The position numbers and the translations under genes are program-made. A model generated the notes under the pieces. It was not told the DNA's origin. It worked only from the letters and a program-made list of their open reading frames with translations, and did not search any database. Positions 17,733 to 29,456 of a stretch of 36,704 nt of DNA are shown here, piece by piece. Numbering within the stretch: the stretch's first letter is position 1; the number at the start of each line of letters is the position of its first letter. The DNA is from Candidatus Scalinduaceae bacterium. GTDB taxonomy: Bacteria; Planctomycetota; Brocadiia; Brocadiales; Scalinduaceae. Location of the stretch: the NCBI GenBank assembly GCA_046759445.1, contig JBHICG010000030.1, positions 1 through 36,704 on the forward strand. The letters run 5' to 3'.

Positions 17733-19091
17733 ATGAAACGAGAAGCGAATATTCTTATAATCGATGATGAAAAAGATCAGGCTGAAGCTATTGCTGAGAG
17801 CTTGAGAAAAGTTGGATATGAGTGCATTTCCGTCATGAGCGGTAATGAAGGGCGTAACATGATTAGGAAAGATAGAATTGACTTAGTGATTACGGACCTA
17901 GTTATGCAGGATTTTAATGGAATGGAAATTCTAAAGGAGGCAAAAGAAAAATCACCAGATACGGAGGTTATCTTAATAACTGGTTATGGTACAGTTGAAA
18001 ATGCAGTTACTGCAATGCAAAAAGGAGCAGCAACATATCTCTTAAAACCCGTTAACATAAATCAGCTAAGAGCAGTAGTTGATAAAGTGGTTGAAAAGCA
18101 AAATCTAATGAGAAGTAATATAGAACTGCATAAACAACTCGAAGAAAAGTATGGCTTTGGAGGTATTATAGGCAATAGCCAACAAATGCATAGGATATTT
18201 AATATACTTAAACAGATTTCTTTAACTACGGCAATAGTATTAATAATGGGTGAAAGTGGCACTGGTAAAGAGTTAATAGCCAGTTCAATACATTACAATA
18301 GCCCGCGAAAAAATAATCCTTTTGTAGCTATAAATTCTGCTGCAATTTCAGAAACTTTACTAGAGAGTGAATTATTTGGGCACGAAAAAGGTGCTTTTAC
18401 GGGAGCTGTATATCAAAGAAAAGGAACATTTGAATATGCAAATAATGGCACTTTGTTTCTAGATGAAATTGGAGATATGCCACTTTCAATTCAGGCAAAA
18501 CTGTTAAGAGTAATAGAGGATGGAAGAATTACGCGTGTCGGTAGTAATGAGTCTATAAAAGTAGATGTAAGAATAATCGCTGCCACAAATAAGGACCTGG
18601 GGGAGTTAGTAAGGGAGGGCAATTTTAGAGAGGATTTATACTATAGATTCAATGTTATATGTCTGAGACTACCACCTTTAAGAGAGAGGCCGGAAGACAT
18701 CTTTTTGTTGATTGATACTTTTCTTCAAGGATTCTCAAGAAAATATGGTAAAATAATTAAAGGTATGACTCCAGAAGCAAGGAAAACGCTCTATCGATAT
18801 AGCTGGCCTGGAAATATCAGGGAACTTAAAAATTGTATAGAAAGTATGGTGGTTATCAGTCAGAATGATTTCCTCGATGTGAATGAAATTCCCGAACATA
18901 TATATAATAGTGATAGAACAGCCTTACCAGGACCAGTCTTTCCTGCTGGGATAACGTTGGATGAAATGGAGAAGGAGTTAATAAAAAACACATTGACATA
19001 TGTAAGTGGAAATAGAGGAGAAACAGCAAAAATACTGGGAATTGGCGAGCGAACTCTTTATAGAAAGCTTGACAAGTACGGCTTAAAATAA
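17733..19091 (+). CDS. sigma54-dependent response regulator (NtrC/AtoC/ZraR family)
   Basis: receiver domain, GESGTGKE, GAFTGA, LFLDEIG, WPGNIREL, Fis-type HTH. Confidence 0.97.
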   Translation: MKREANILIIDDEKDQAEAIAESLRKVGYECISVMSGNEGRNMIRKDRIDLVITDLVMQDFNGMEILKEAKEKSPDTEVILITGYGTVENAVTAMQKGAATYLLKPVNINQLRAVVDKVVEKQNLMRSNIELHKQLEEKYGFGGIIGNSQQMHRIFNILKQISLTTAIVLIMGESGTGKELIASSIHYNSPRKNNPFVAINSAAISETLLESELFGHEKGAFTGAVYQRKGTFEYANNGTLFLDEIGDMPLSIQAKLLRVIEDGRITRVGSNESIKVDVRIIAATNKDLGELVREGNFREDLYYRFNVICLRLPPLRERPEDIFLLIDTFLQGFSRKYGKIIKGMTPEARKTLYRYSWPGNIRELKNCIESMVVISQNDFLDVNEIPEHIYNSDRTALPGPVFPAGITLDEMEKELIKNTLTYVSGNRGETAKILGIGERTLYRKLDKYGLK

Positions 19092-19102
19092 AGGAAATAA
19101 TT

Positions 19103-19480
19103 GTGACAGAAATATTAATTTGTGGTCGATGTAAAAGGAGCATTCCCAACAAAGATTTTGAATCTGGTTTAACAATAGAGCGTTACGGTCATATAATTTG
19201 TCGAGAGTGTTCCACTATTCTTAGTAAGAACAAAAAAGGGGGGTACGATGAGCAAAAATTTTTCTTTGAATCTATTCTTAACGAGGTGAAAAATATTACA
19301 AGGTTATTAACGTATGAACATAGTTCCTGGTTGAATATTATTGCTGCTGTAGCTCAGTGTTTTGTTTTTGGTTCCTTAATTTTTGCTTACATTAATAGAA
19401 ATGGTGATGTACATTCAATCTTGCTCCTTACTATAGTCTTTCAGCTTATGGCGCTAACTTTTTTTGTGATTAAAAGATAA
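19103..19480 (+). CDS. hypothetical membrane protein with N-terminal CxxC..CxxC
   Basis: CGRC and CREC, two C-terminal hydrophobic helices; SD AAGGA. Confidence 0.75.
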   Translation: MTEILICGRCKRSIPNKDFESGLTIERYGHIICRECSTILSKNKKGGYDEQKFFFESILNEVKNITRLLTYEHSSWLNIIAAVAQCFVFGSLIFAYINRNGDVHSILLLTIVFQLMALTFFVIKR

Positions 19481-19605
19481 TCATAATATTAGCAATCTTT
19501 TCTACATGTTTACAATTTCTAAACGTTCAAGAATCTGAAATGAAAATAGTGTTTATTGCACGATTATAAGGCATTTTATCTTTACATAAATATTAGGAGT
19601 TCTGT

Positions 19606-20469
19606 ATGCGGAATCAGGTAACTATAAGATATGGTGTTTTGAGGAATATCGAAAACGTTTATACTGGTATTTCCACTTTGATGAAAGGAGATATGGTGAT
19701 TATACGTTCATCACGTGGTGAAGAAATTGCCGAAGTTGTTTCGCGGCCACAAAGTATAGATGATGAGATGGATGTCACAAGTATGGGAGAAGTCCTATGC
19801 AAGGCAACAGAAGAAGATAAGAAAAAGCAGCATGAACTTGAAGAGGAAAGAATTCCATCAGCATTCAGTTTTTGTAAGAAGAAAATGAAAGAACATAATT
19901 TACAAATGAAACTTGTTAGTGTAGATCATCTATTTGGAAGCAGAAAGATAATATTTTATTTTCTAGCCAAAGGAAGGGTTGATTTTAGAGAACTAGTTAA
20001 AGATCTGGCAAAGGAATACAAAGCTAGGATAGAGATGAAACAGATCGGTGTTCGAGATGAAGCTAAATTGTTAGCTGAATATCAACATTGTGGTCGTGAA
20101 CTATGTTGTAGAACCTTCCTTAAAGATCTGGAGCCAGTTACCATGAGGATGGCTAAAAATCAAAAAACAACACTAGATCCATCAAAAATATCTGGAAGAT
20201 GTGGTAGGTTAATGTGCTGTCTTAGATACGAGGATGATGCTTATGAAGAACTTAAACATTATCTTCCTAAGAAAGGGACGCTTATCGTAACTACTAAAGG
20301 AGTAGGTGAGGTTGTTGATTATGATGTTTTACAACAAAAAGTAACTATGGAAACAAAAGATAATAAATTAATTGTCATATCGAAGGATGAAATTTTGGAA
20401 AAAGTAAGCGAAACAAGAACGAACATGGAAGATGGATGTGGAAAGAACTGTGGAAGTAAATGTGGATAG
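19606..20469 (+). CDS. ricT: PSP1-domain protein (RicT/YaaT family)
   Basis: RVDFRELVKDLA, RIEMKQIGVRDEA, CGRELCC, KISGRCGRLMCCLRYE. Confidence 0.93.
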   Translation: MRNQVTIRYGVLRNIENVYTGISTLMKGDMVIIRSSRGEEIAEVVSRPQSIDDEMDVTSMGEVLCKATEEDKKKQHELEEERIPSAFSFCKKKMKEHNLQMKLVSVDHLFGSRKIIFYFLAKGRVDFRELVKDLAKEYKARIEMKQIGVRDEAKLLAEYQHCGRELCCRTFLKDLEPVTMRMAKNQKTTLDPSKISGRCGRLMCCLRYEDDAYEELKHYLPKKGTLIVTTKGVGEVVDYDVLQQKVTMETKDNKLIVISKDEILEKVSETRTNMEDGCGKNCGSKCG

Positions 20470-21994
20470 AAAAACATTTTATGTTACTACACCGATTTAT
20501 TATGTTAATGATATACCCCATATAGGACATTCGTATACTACAATAGCCGCTGATGTCTTAGCAAGATACAAGAGGATGAAGGGTTATGACGTGTTCTTTC
20601 TGACTGGAACAGATGAACATGGGCAAAAAATACTGAAGGCTGCTAAGTCAAACAACGAAGAGCCCATTGAATTGGCAAATAGAACGGTCGAGAAGTATAA
20701 ATGCCTTTGGAAAGTCCTCAATATCTCAAATGATGACTTCATTAGAACTACAGAGAGCAAACATGTTAAGCAAATAGTGAGCATATTTGAAATAATATAT
20801 GAAAATGGTGATATCTATTTAGGAGAGTATGAAGGTTGGTATTGTATACCTTGTGAAAGTTTCTGGACTGCTTCACAATTATCTTCAGGAAACTGTCCAG
20901 AATGCGGCCGTTCAGTAGAAAGACTTAGAGAGAAGAATTACTTCTTTAGATTATCAAAATATAGAGATTTACTTTTAAAATACATAGAAGAACATCCTGA
21001 TTTTATAAGACCAGAATCCAGACGAAACGAATTATGTAAAAAAATATTAGCTGGTATGGATGATATTAGTGTGAGTAGAGCTGCAGTCGAATGGGGCATT
21101 CCAGTGCCAATGGAAAAAACACACACTATTTACGTGTGGGTGGATGCACTTTTTAATTATATAACTGCCTTAGGTTATTATGATAATTCTGAGAAACTAA
21201 CAAAATACTGGCCTGCCAATGTTCAGCTAATTGGCAAGGAGATTCTGTGGTTCCATGGTGTTATATGGCCTGCAATGTTGATGTCATTGGGAATAGAAGT
21301 ACCTTATAAAATTTACGCACATGGCTGGTGGACAATAGAAGGGCAAAAGATATCTAAATCCTTAGGTAATGCAATTGACCCTGTTAGAATAACAGATAAA
21401 TACGGAGTTGATGCATATAGATATTTTATGCTCAGAGAAGTGCCTTTTGGGCTAGATGGCAATTTTTCTTACAATGCCCTTGTAAATAGAATCAATTGTG
21501 ATTTGGCAAACGACTTAGGAAATCTCCTACATAGAGCTCTAACTATGATTGAAAAATATTGTGATGGAAAAGTTCCAGAAGCGAGAGTTGTGTCAAAAGA
21601 AGGTCGGGAGTTGTTTGAAAAATACAAAGTGCTTAATGATAAAGTTGAGCATGCAATGGAAGATTTACAATTCAGTATTGCGCTGGAAGCGATTTGGGAA
21701 TATATTGGATTAGTTAATAAATATGTGGAAATATCGAAACCCTGGGTGTTGGCAAAAGACCCTGATACAAGGAACAAGCTTAATGAAGTTCTATACAACC
21801 TGGTTGAGGCTATTAGAATAATTTCATTTTTTATCTTACCATTCATGCCAAACACGGCTGAAGAGATACAAAAACAATTGGGATTATCTGAGGATAAGAA
21901 GCCTGTTGGAGATGATATTACTTGGGGTAATATGCAACCAGGAATAAGTGTGTGTAAGGGAAAACCAATTTTTCCTAAGGTAATTGCTGTATAG
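20462..21994 (+). CDS. metG: methionine--tRNA ligase (short form, no C-terminal tRNA-binding appendix)
   Basis: TTPIYYVN..PHIGH, GTDEHG, Zn knuckle, YVWVDAL, KISKS; GTG 20462 preferred, ATG 20432 possible. Confidence 0.97.
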   Translation: MDRKTFYVTTPIYYVNDIPHIGHSYTTIAADVLARYKRMKGYDVFFLTGTDEHGQKILKAAKSNNEEPIELANRTVEKYKCLWKVLNISNDDFIRTTESKHVKQIVSIFEIIYENGDIYLGEYEGWYCIPCESFWTASQLSSGNCPECGRSVERLREKNYFFRLSKYRDLLLKYIEEHPDFIRPESRRNELCKKILAGMDDISVSRAAVEWGIPVPMEKTHTIYVWVDALFNYITALGYYDNSEKLTKYWPANVQLIGKEILWFHGVIWPAMLMSLGIEVPYKIYAHGWWTIEGQKISKSLGNAIDPVRITDKYGVDAYRYFMLREVPFGLDGNFSYNALVNRINCDLANDLGNLLHRALTMIEKYCDGKVPEARVVSKEGRELFEKYKVLNDKVEHAMEDLQFSIALEAIWEYIGLVNKYVEISKPWVLAKDPDTRNKLNEVLYNLVEAIRIISFFILPFMPNTAEEIQKQLGLSEDKKPVGDDITWGNMQPGISVCKGKPIFPKVIAV

Positions 21995-22054
21995 CTAACT
22001 AAGTAAGTAGTAATAGTAAAGAACATTTATAACCTAAGGTTTAGAGGAAAGAAT

Positions 22055-22504
22055 ATGGGTAAAAAAAATGTGATTGATACATGGAAGAGATTGCAGGAGA
22101 TTGTTAAGAAAGATAAGCGATATTCATTACAATCATACCAATTTATTTTTGAAGCTCTTGATTATACTGCTTCTAAACTAGGCAAAAAATATAGTAGCTC
22201 CAGGGATGAAGAACGCCATGTTACAGGACAAGAACTTTCTGAAGGAATTAGACAATACGCTTTGGAAAAATATGGTTTCATGGCAAGGAGTATTTTCAAA
22301 CAATGGGGGATAAGTAAAAGTAAAGATTTTGGTGAAATAGTATTTAATTTGGTTGATAGTGGACTAATGGGTAAGACAGAATCAGATTCGTTGGAAGATT
22401 TTAAAGATCTATATGATTTTAAAACAGAGTTCGACGATAAATTCAAATTTGATGGTGCTTTTAATCTTACTCAGGATTGGGATATTTTCAGGAAGAAGAA
22501 GTAG
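22055..22504 (+). CDS. Minf_1886 family protein
   Basis: D.RY....YQFIFEALDY, RHVTGQEL..GIR.YA...YG.MA, WG....DFGEIVFNLV. Confidence 0.85.
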   Translation: MGKKNVIDTWKRLQEIVKKDKRYSLQSYQFIFEALDYTASKLGKKYSSSRDEERHVTGQELSEGIRQYALEKYGFMARSIFKQWGISKSKDFGEIVFNLVDSGLMGKTESDSLEDFKDLYDFKTEFDDKFKFDGAFNLTQDWDIFRKKK

Positions 22505-22670
22505 GTATCCGGTTTTCATACAGAAAAAAATAGTTTAAAGCCTAAGTTCACAAGCTGGACAAATGAATTCATTTTGTTTATATATGTTTCTAGTAGATGG
22601 ATATCAAAAAAACTTTTCTACTATGTTTATTTTAATTTAAGTACAATCTTTTAGAATTTTAAGTATTAAA

Positions 22671-23321
22671 TCAAATTACATCCTTAACGCAACGAAAACC
22701 AACATTGTTATCTTTACCACTTGGAACACTGCAACTCCTGTAAGCACATCTTAGAATATACATATGGTTTATCCATGATCCTCCACGAACTACGCGATAT
22801 TTTCCAACCGTATACCATTCTTGACACCATTCCCAGACGTTTCCTGACATGTCATGACAACCGTACATACTCACTCCTGATGGATGTGTTCCAACAGGAG
22901 CAGGGTAGCCTTTTGAAATATCTAAGTTGAAGACAGCCAGTTGTTTGTCAGGTTTTACATTACCCCATGGGTATTCCCTTCCGTCTGTACCTCTAGAGGC
23001 TTTTTCCCATTCTTTTTCCTTTGGCAATCTCTTTTCAGCCCATTTTGCATAAGCAACTGCGTCATTCCAACTCGCACCTACTACGGGTTGTTTTGGGTTA
23101 TTAAATCTATTATCATTCCAAAAAGCTGGTTCATTATAGTTTGTTTCTTCAATGAAATTTTTATATTGAGCATTTGTTATTGAATATTTGTCAATGTAAA
23201 ATGCATCAACTTTTACAGATTCTTTTTCATTGCCCATTAAAAAAGTGCCAGAAGGAATATATAACATAGCTGAAGCATCTTTTTCACTTTTGATCTCTTT
23301 CTTATGAACAAGATTATCCAT
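22671..23321 (-). CDS. FGE-sulfatase (SUMF1/EgtB/PvdO) domain protein
   Basis: IP.G.F.MG, RLP.E.EWEKASRG, DMSGNVWEW, RGGSW, GFRCV. Confidence 0.95.
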   Translation of the reverse strand: MDNLVHKKEIKSEKDASAMLYIPSGTFLMGNEKESVKVDAFYIDKYSITNAQYKNFIEETNYNEPAFWNDNRFNNPKQPVVGASWNDAVAYAKWAEKRLPKEKEWEKASRGTDGREYPWGNVKPDKQLAVFNLDISKGYPAPVGTHPSGVSMYGCHDMSGNVWEWCQEWYTVGKYRVVRGGSWINHMYILRCAYRSCSVPSGKDNNVGFRCVKDVI

Positions 23322-23529
23322 TATTAAAATATTAAAGGGTAAGAGGTTAGCTTTGCTTGTCTTGATATGTATATGTTATTATGCCAAAGATTTCCCTACG
23401 TTCACATATATCGGGTAAATTATAAAAATAGCTTCCTAAGTTTGCAAGGATAAAGACATATTTTATTTTAGCTGTTCCACTTATATATGGAGAAAGGATT
23501 GAAATTATTCGTCCTGTTTTTCATGAGAA

Positions 23530-23682
23530 TTATCTGCACGGTGCATACCATGCAGTGCACACTAGAGCCATCACTAACCCAAGTAAAAAGATACGACCTT
23601 CTGTGGTAGTGAGGAGCATTATCCACATACGTTTTTTTTCGTCTGATAGCGTGGGATCAGGTTCTTTACGATTTTTTGACAC
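23530..23682 (-). CDS. possible 50-aa membrane peptide or truncated gene, absent from ORF track
   Basis: GTG start; MSKNRKEPDPTLSDEKKRMWIMLLTTTEGRIFLLGLVMALVCTAWYAPCR; higher GC than flanks. Confidence 0.35.
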   Translation of the reverse strand: MSKNRKEPDPTLSDEKKRMWIMLLTTTEGRIFLLGLVMALVCTAWYAPCR

Positions 23683-23986
23683 AATCTTGTTTCTATATTC
23701 AGTCTGATAATTATGATAAGTGTGTAAAATATTTACAAATAGTTATAGATACGAGAGGTAACGGCAAATACAATGGTAATATCTTACCACTATCTTTCTA
23801 AATACGGGTCATACTGTCCAAATCGTTAGTCTCTAAATCATGTTCTGTTAATTTAAAAATTTTATTTTGAGATATTTAAGAAGGATTTTATCACAATACA
23901 ACAATAATTAAAATGTTTTTAAGTCCTTAGGTTAAAGTGGTTAGATTTTGTTTGATATTGAGTTTGTTTAGTATAAATTGTTTTAG

Positions 23987-24041
23987 GTGTCATAATGGCA
24001 GCAAAAAAAATTAGCCAAAATATTAAGTGTCAAAGTGGCAG
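23987..24041 (+). promoter_or_regulatory. paired enhancer-like (UAS) sites
   Basis: GTGTCATAATGGCAG and GTGTCAAAGTGGCAG, 40 bp apart, 100-150 bp upstream of the -24/-12 box. Confidence 0.65.
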
Positions 24042-24140
24042 TAATTGGTTATTTTTTGCATTTTTTGTAAATTACATAAATTTATTAATTCTTGCTACTT
24101 ATGTAAAATTAAACAGTAGTAAAGTATATTAAAAATATGT

Positions 24141-24155
24141 TGGCATTCTTTTTGC
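24141..24155 (+). promoter_or_regulatory. sigma54 (-24/-12) promoter
   Basis: TGGCAT-TCTTT-TTGC matches TGGCAC-N5-TTGC. Confidence 0.75.
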
Positions 24156-24171
24156 CATTATACTATCTAAT

Positions 24172-24570
24172 ATGATGACATTCTTAAAATACGAAAAAGA
24201 TAATTATAGGATTTTGATAACTGACGACGATGAAGATTGTCGGCATTCCCTACAAAATATATTCGAACCAGAGGGTTATATAACTTACTTAGCAAGTTGT
24301 GGAAAGGAAGCAGTTGAAATCGCCAGGCAGAAATTCTTGCATCTGTTAATATTAGACATACATCTACCAGATTTTAGCGGTTTTGAGACTTTTGAATTCA
24401 TAAAAGAGGAAAAAAAAACATTAATCCCATGTATTTTTGTGTCAGCCGATGACTCTAAAGAGTTAAAAATGGATGCAATAGAAGCAAATGCTTACACACT
24501 TATTTCGAAACCGATAAATAAGGAGATGATCAAGTATGTAGTAGAACAGTCAATAGAAAAATATTATTAG
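24172..24570 (+). CDS. single-domain response regulator
   Basis: ILITDDD, LILDIHLPDFSG, IFVSA, KP. Confidence 0.93.
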   Translation: MMTFLKYEKDNYRILITDDDEDCRHSLQNIFEPEGYITYLASCGKEAVEIARQKFLHLLILDIHLPDFSGFETFEFIKEEKKTLIPCIFVSADDSKELKMDAIEANAYTLISKPINKEMIKYVVEQSIEKYY

Positions 24571-24573
24571 AAT

Positions 24574-24742
24574 CTAAATTGAGCGATTTGTGTAGCCGCA
24601 ACCTTTAGGTTGCGTAACTTACGTGAAATCTTCATATACCCATCAGGTGATGAGAAACGCAGGCTTATCCCGTTGCTAATATCTACGGGACTTTTAAGCG
24701 CTGCGGCTACAGTAATATATAATATAAAATCGCTCAATTTAG
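24574..24742. mobile_element. 169-bp MITE-like element enclosing a REPIN-like GTAG doublet
   Basis: perfect 16-bp TIR CTAAATTGAGCGATTT / AAATCGCTCAATTTAG; inner TGTAGCCGCA...TGCGGCTACA. Confidence 0.8.
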
Positions 24743-24801
24743 GTAGAAGTAATTTATAGTATGAAATTTTTTATGTTTTAGCGAAAGGATGAAAAGTAAA
24801 A

Positions 24802-25086
24802 ATGAAAACGAAACCAGTAGGGGAAAAAATATTAGTGAAAAGATTGGAACCAGTAGAGAAAACGGCAGGAGGTATAGTTTTACCAGATACTGCTAAAGAA
24901 AAGCCAAAAGAAGGAAAAGTAATTGCTTTAGGTGATGGAAAATTATTGGATAATGGACAAAGGGCAAAATATCAAGTACGGAAAGGGGACAAAGTAGTAT
25001 TTTCCTCTTATGCTGGAACTGAAGTTGAGATTGAAGGGGAAGAATATCTTTTGATGTCTGAAGAAGATATTCTTGCCGTAATATAG
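24802..25086 (+). CDS. groES: co-chaperonin GroES
   Basis: KTAGGIVLPDTAKEKP, YAGTEV, EEDILA. Confidence 0.99.
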   Translation: MKTKPVGEKILVKRLEPVEKTAGGIVLPDTAKEKPKEGKVIALGDGKLLDNGQRAKYQVRKGDKVVFSSYAGTEVEIEGEEYLLMSEEDILAVI

Positions 25087-25108
25087 TAATGTTTTTTAGG
25101 AGGAAACA

Positions 25109-26713
<1,605 letters not shown>

Positions 26714-26742
26714 ACATAACATAGACAGAATAACTATTATAT

Positions 26743-26775
26743 AATGCCATCTTTAAAAAAGATGGCATTTTTTTT
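26743..26775 (+). terminator. intrinsic terminator after groEL
   Basis: AATGCCATCTTT-AAA-AAAGATGGCATT followed by a T-run. Confidence 0.85.
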
Positions 26776-26796
26776 AATTATATTTATATTACAATA

Positions 26797-27318
26797 ATGC
26801 GCTTAAAACAATTAGGCAAAGAAATCGTTGAGACATCATACATTGAGGGGAATTTTATTTTAAGCTCTGGCAGAAGGAGTAAGTATATTTTCGACAAATA
26901 TGCATTTGAAACAAGACCAATAATTTTAGAAGCTATTGCCAAAAAGATGATAAAAATGATTAGCGGTAATATAACTAAGATTGCTGGTATGGAATTAGGT
27001 GGAGTGCCACTTGCTACGGCAATTTCAATTAAAAAAAAATTACCTTTTGTTATAGTGAGAAAAGGTAAAAAGGGGTATGGCATTGATAGGATGATAGAAG
27101 GCCATATAAATAATAAGGATAAAGTTGTTCTAATTGAAGACATTGCAACTACTGGTAAACAAGCGCTGTTGGCTGCTAAAATAATTGAGAGGGCTGGGGC
27201 ATCAGTGTTAAAAATAATATACGTAATAGATAGAGAAGAAGGCGCAAGAAAAAAGATAGAAAATAAAGGTTATAAATTTGAATCATTATTCACAAAATCA
27301 GATTTGGGTATAGCATAA
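26797..27318 (+). CDS. pyrE: orotate phosphoribosyltransferase
   Basis: F.LSSGR.S.Y, GGVPLA, VRK..K.YG, VLIEDIATTG, VIDREEGA. Confidence 0.93.
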   Translation: MRLKQLGKEIVETSYIEGNFILSSGRRSKYIFDKYAFETRPIILEAIAKKMIKMISGNITKIAGMELGGVPLATAISIKKKLPFVIVRKGKKGYGIDRMIEGHINNKDKVVLIEDIATTGKQALLAAKIIERAGASVLKIIYVIDREEGARKKIENKGYKFESLFTKSDLGIA

Positions 27319-27330
27319 AAGAGGAACAAA

Positions 27331-28779
27331 ATGTTAAATGTCAAAAGGTTTGATAAATATCAAAGTCCCTTAGTGGAAAGATATGCCGGTAAAGAAATGT
27401 GTCATAATTTTTCAGATATACTTAAATATGGTACATGGAGAAAACTTTGGATTGCGTTAGCGGAAACACAACAAGTTCTCGGGATTAAGGCTATAACTAA
27501 AAAACAGATTGATGAAATGAAAAAATTCCAGGATAAAATAAATTTTAATGTTGCAAAGAAACACGAACTCAGAGTGAAACATGACGTGATGGCGCATATT
27601 CTCGCTTTTGGCGAACAATGTCCTAATGCTAAGCCGATAATTCATTTGGGCGCAACGAGCGCATTTGTTCAAGACAACACAGACTTAATACAAATTAAGA
27701 GAGGTATGAATATATTATTAAAAAAGTTGGTTAACATAGTTGACGCTCTTGCAGATTTTGCTAAAAGAAATAAAAATGTAATTACATTGGGTTATACACA
27801 TTATCAACCGGCTCAACTTACAACCGTTGGCAAAAGGTCATGTTTATGGATGCAAGATTACATTCTTGACATCGAGGACATTAATTACAGGATTGATAAT
27901 TTAAGATTTCGAGGTGCAAAAGGTACGATAGGTACACAAAATAGTTTTATGGCCTTATTCAATAACAATGAAGGAAAAGTGAAGAGACTTGATGTGGAAA
28001 TTGCAAAAAAAATGGGTTTCAACAAAATCTTTCCCATTACGGGTCAAATATATCCTCGTAAAGTAGATAGCCAAATTTCAGACGTTTTATCTGGCATTGC
28101 CCAATCTGCTCATAAGTTTGCAAATGATATTAGATTACTACATAATTTAAGAGAAATTGAAGAGCCGTTTGAAAAAAAACAAATAGGTTCTTCTGCAATG
28201 CCTTATAAAAGAAACCCAATGCGATGCGAGAGGATTACATCACTGGCTCGTTATATAATCTGCAATAGTATGAACACAGACCTCACTAGTAGTGCTCAAT
28301 GGCTTGAAAGAACACTTGATGATTCTGCAAACAGGCGTTTAGTGCTGCCTGAGATTTTTCTTGCATCTGACGCAATGCTGAATATTGTCCTTGGTGTTGT
28401 AAGAGGTATGGTGGTTTATCCAAAAATGATAGAGCGACATGTAATGCAGGAATTACCATTTATGGCTTCAGAAAGTATACTGATGGAGGCGGTAAAGGCG
28501 GGTGGGGATAGACAAATACTTCATGAGAAGATACGAAAATATTCAATGGAGACTGCCAATCTTATGAAAGAAAAGGGCGTAGACAATAATTTACTGGAAA
28601 GAATCAATAAGGATGATGATTTTGCAATTATTAGGGATAAAATACAGAATATCCTTGATCCAAAGAATTTTGTAGGTAGGGCGCCGAAGCAGGTAGACGA
28701 ATTTATTAAAGAGGTTGCAAATCCTTTACTTAGAAAATTTAAAAACTTACTTGGCTTGAGTGTAGATTTCAGGGTTTAA
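27331..28779 (+). CDS. purB: adenylosuccinate lyase
   Basis: HDVMAH, HLGATS, THYQPAQ, GSSAMPYKRNP, WLERTLDDSA. Confidence 0.98.
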   Translation: MLNVKRFDKYQSPLVERYAGKEMCHNFSDILKYGTWRKLWIALAETQQVLGIKAITKKQIDEMKKFQDKINFNVAKKHELRVKHDVMAHILAFGEQCPNAKPIIHLGATSAFVQDNTDLIQIKRGMNILLKKLVNIVDALADFAKRNKNVITLGYTHYQPAQLTTVGKRSCLWMQDYILDIEDINYRIDNLRFRGAKGTIGTQNSFMALFNNNEGKVKRLDVEIAKKMGFNKIFPITGQIYPRKVDSQISDVLSGIAQSAHKFANDIRLLHNLREIEEPFEKKQIGSSAMPYKRNPMRCERITSLARYIICNSMNTDLTSSAQWLERTLDDSANRRLVLPEIFLASDAMLNIVLGVVRGMVVYPKMIERHVMQELPFMASESILMEAVKAGGDRQILHEKIRKYSMETANLMKEKGVDNNLLERINKDDDFAIIRDKIQNILDPKNFVGRAPKQVDEFIKEVANPLLRKFKNLLGLSVDFRV

Positions 28780-28784
28780 AAATA

Positions 28785-29456
28785 ATGTTAAAAATTATTA
28801 AGAAATTTGATCTTGTTTTGATTACTAACGGAAAAATTTGTGAATCTGAGCTTACAACTATTATTACACAAGCTCTTGAAGGGGGAGTAAGGACTGTCCA
28901 ATTAAGAGAAAAGGATTTAAGTACCAAAAAATTATTTGAATTAGCGAAAAGGCTCCGTGAAATAACTAAAGACTTAGACGCAAACCTTATAATTAATGAT
29001 CGAGTAGATATAGCATTAGCAGTTAATGCGGATGGAGTTCATTTGGGCTGGCAATCTTTGGATATAGATGTGATAAGAAAGATAATTGGGCATGAGAAAT
29101 TGATTGGCTTTTCCGCACATAATTTACAAGAAGCAAGAAAGGCAGATATTAAGGGAGCAGATTACATCACACTTAGTCCTATATTTAACACATCGTATAA
29201 GGATTTTTTAATACAGCCTTTAGGGATAGAAGAAATAGGGAAGATAAAGAAACAAATAAGTATACCCGTCATTGCATTGGGTGGTATTAACGAGGACAAT
29301 ATCAGGGAGGTTCTGGAAAACGGCGCAGATGGTATTGCTGTTGTTTCTAATATAATCTTATCAGAAGACCCTGGACAAAGCGCAAGTAGGCTTTGCGATG
29401 AAATTAAAAGATTTAAACAAGAATCTGAAAATAGAATTTTAGTAAGGGAGACATGA
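28785..29456 (+). CDS. thiE: thiamine phosphate synthase
   Basis: VQLREK, INDRVDIA, GVHLG, ALGGI. Confidence 0.9.
   Translation: MLKIIKKFDLVLITNGKICESELTTIITQALEGGVRTVQLREKDLSTKKLFELAKRLREITKDLDANLIINDRVDIALAVNADGVHLGWQSLDIDVIRKIIGHEKLIGFSAHNLQEARKADIKGADYITLSPIFNTSYKDFLIQPLGIEEIGKIKKQISIPVIALGGINEDNIREVLENGADGIAVVSNIILSEDPGQSASRLCDEIKRFKQESENRILVRET

Noticed and set aside
22671..23321. Diversity-generating retroelement target (FGE-sulfatase CLec fold)
   Set aside because: No template repeat copy of the 3' end and no reverse transcriptase seen in the window; a remote DGR cannot be excluded
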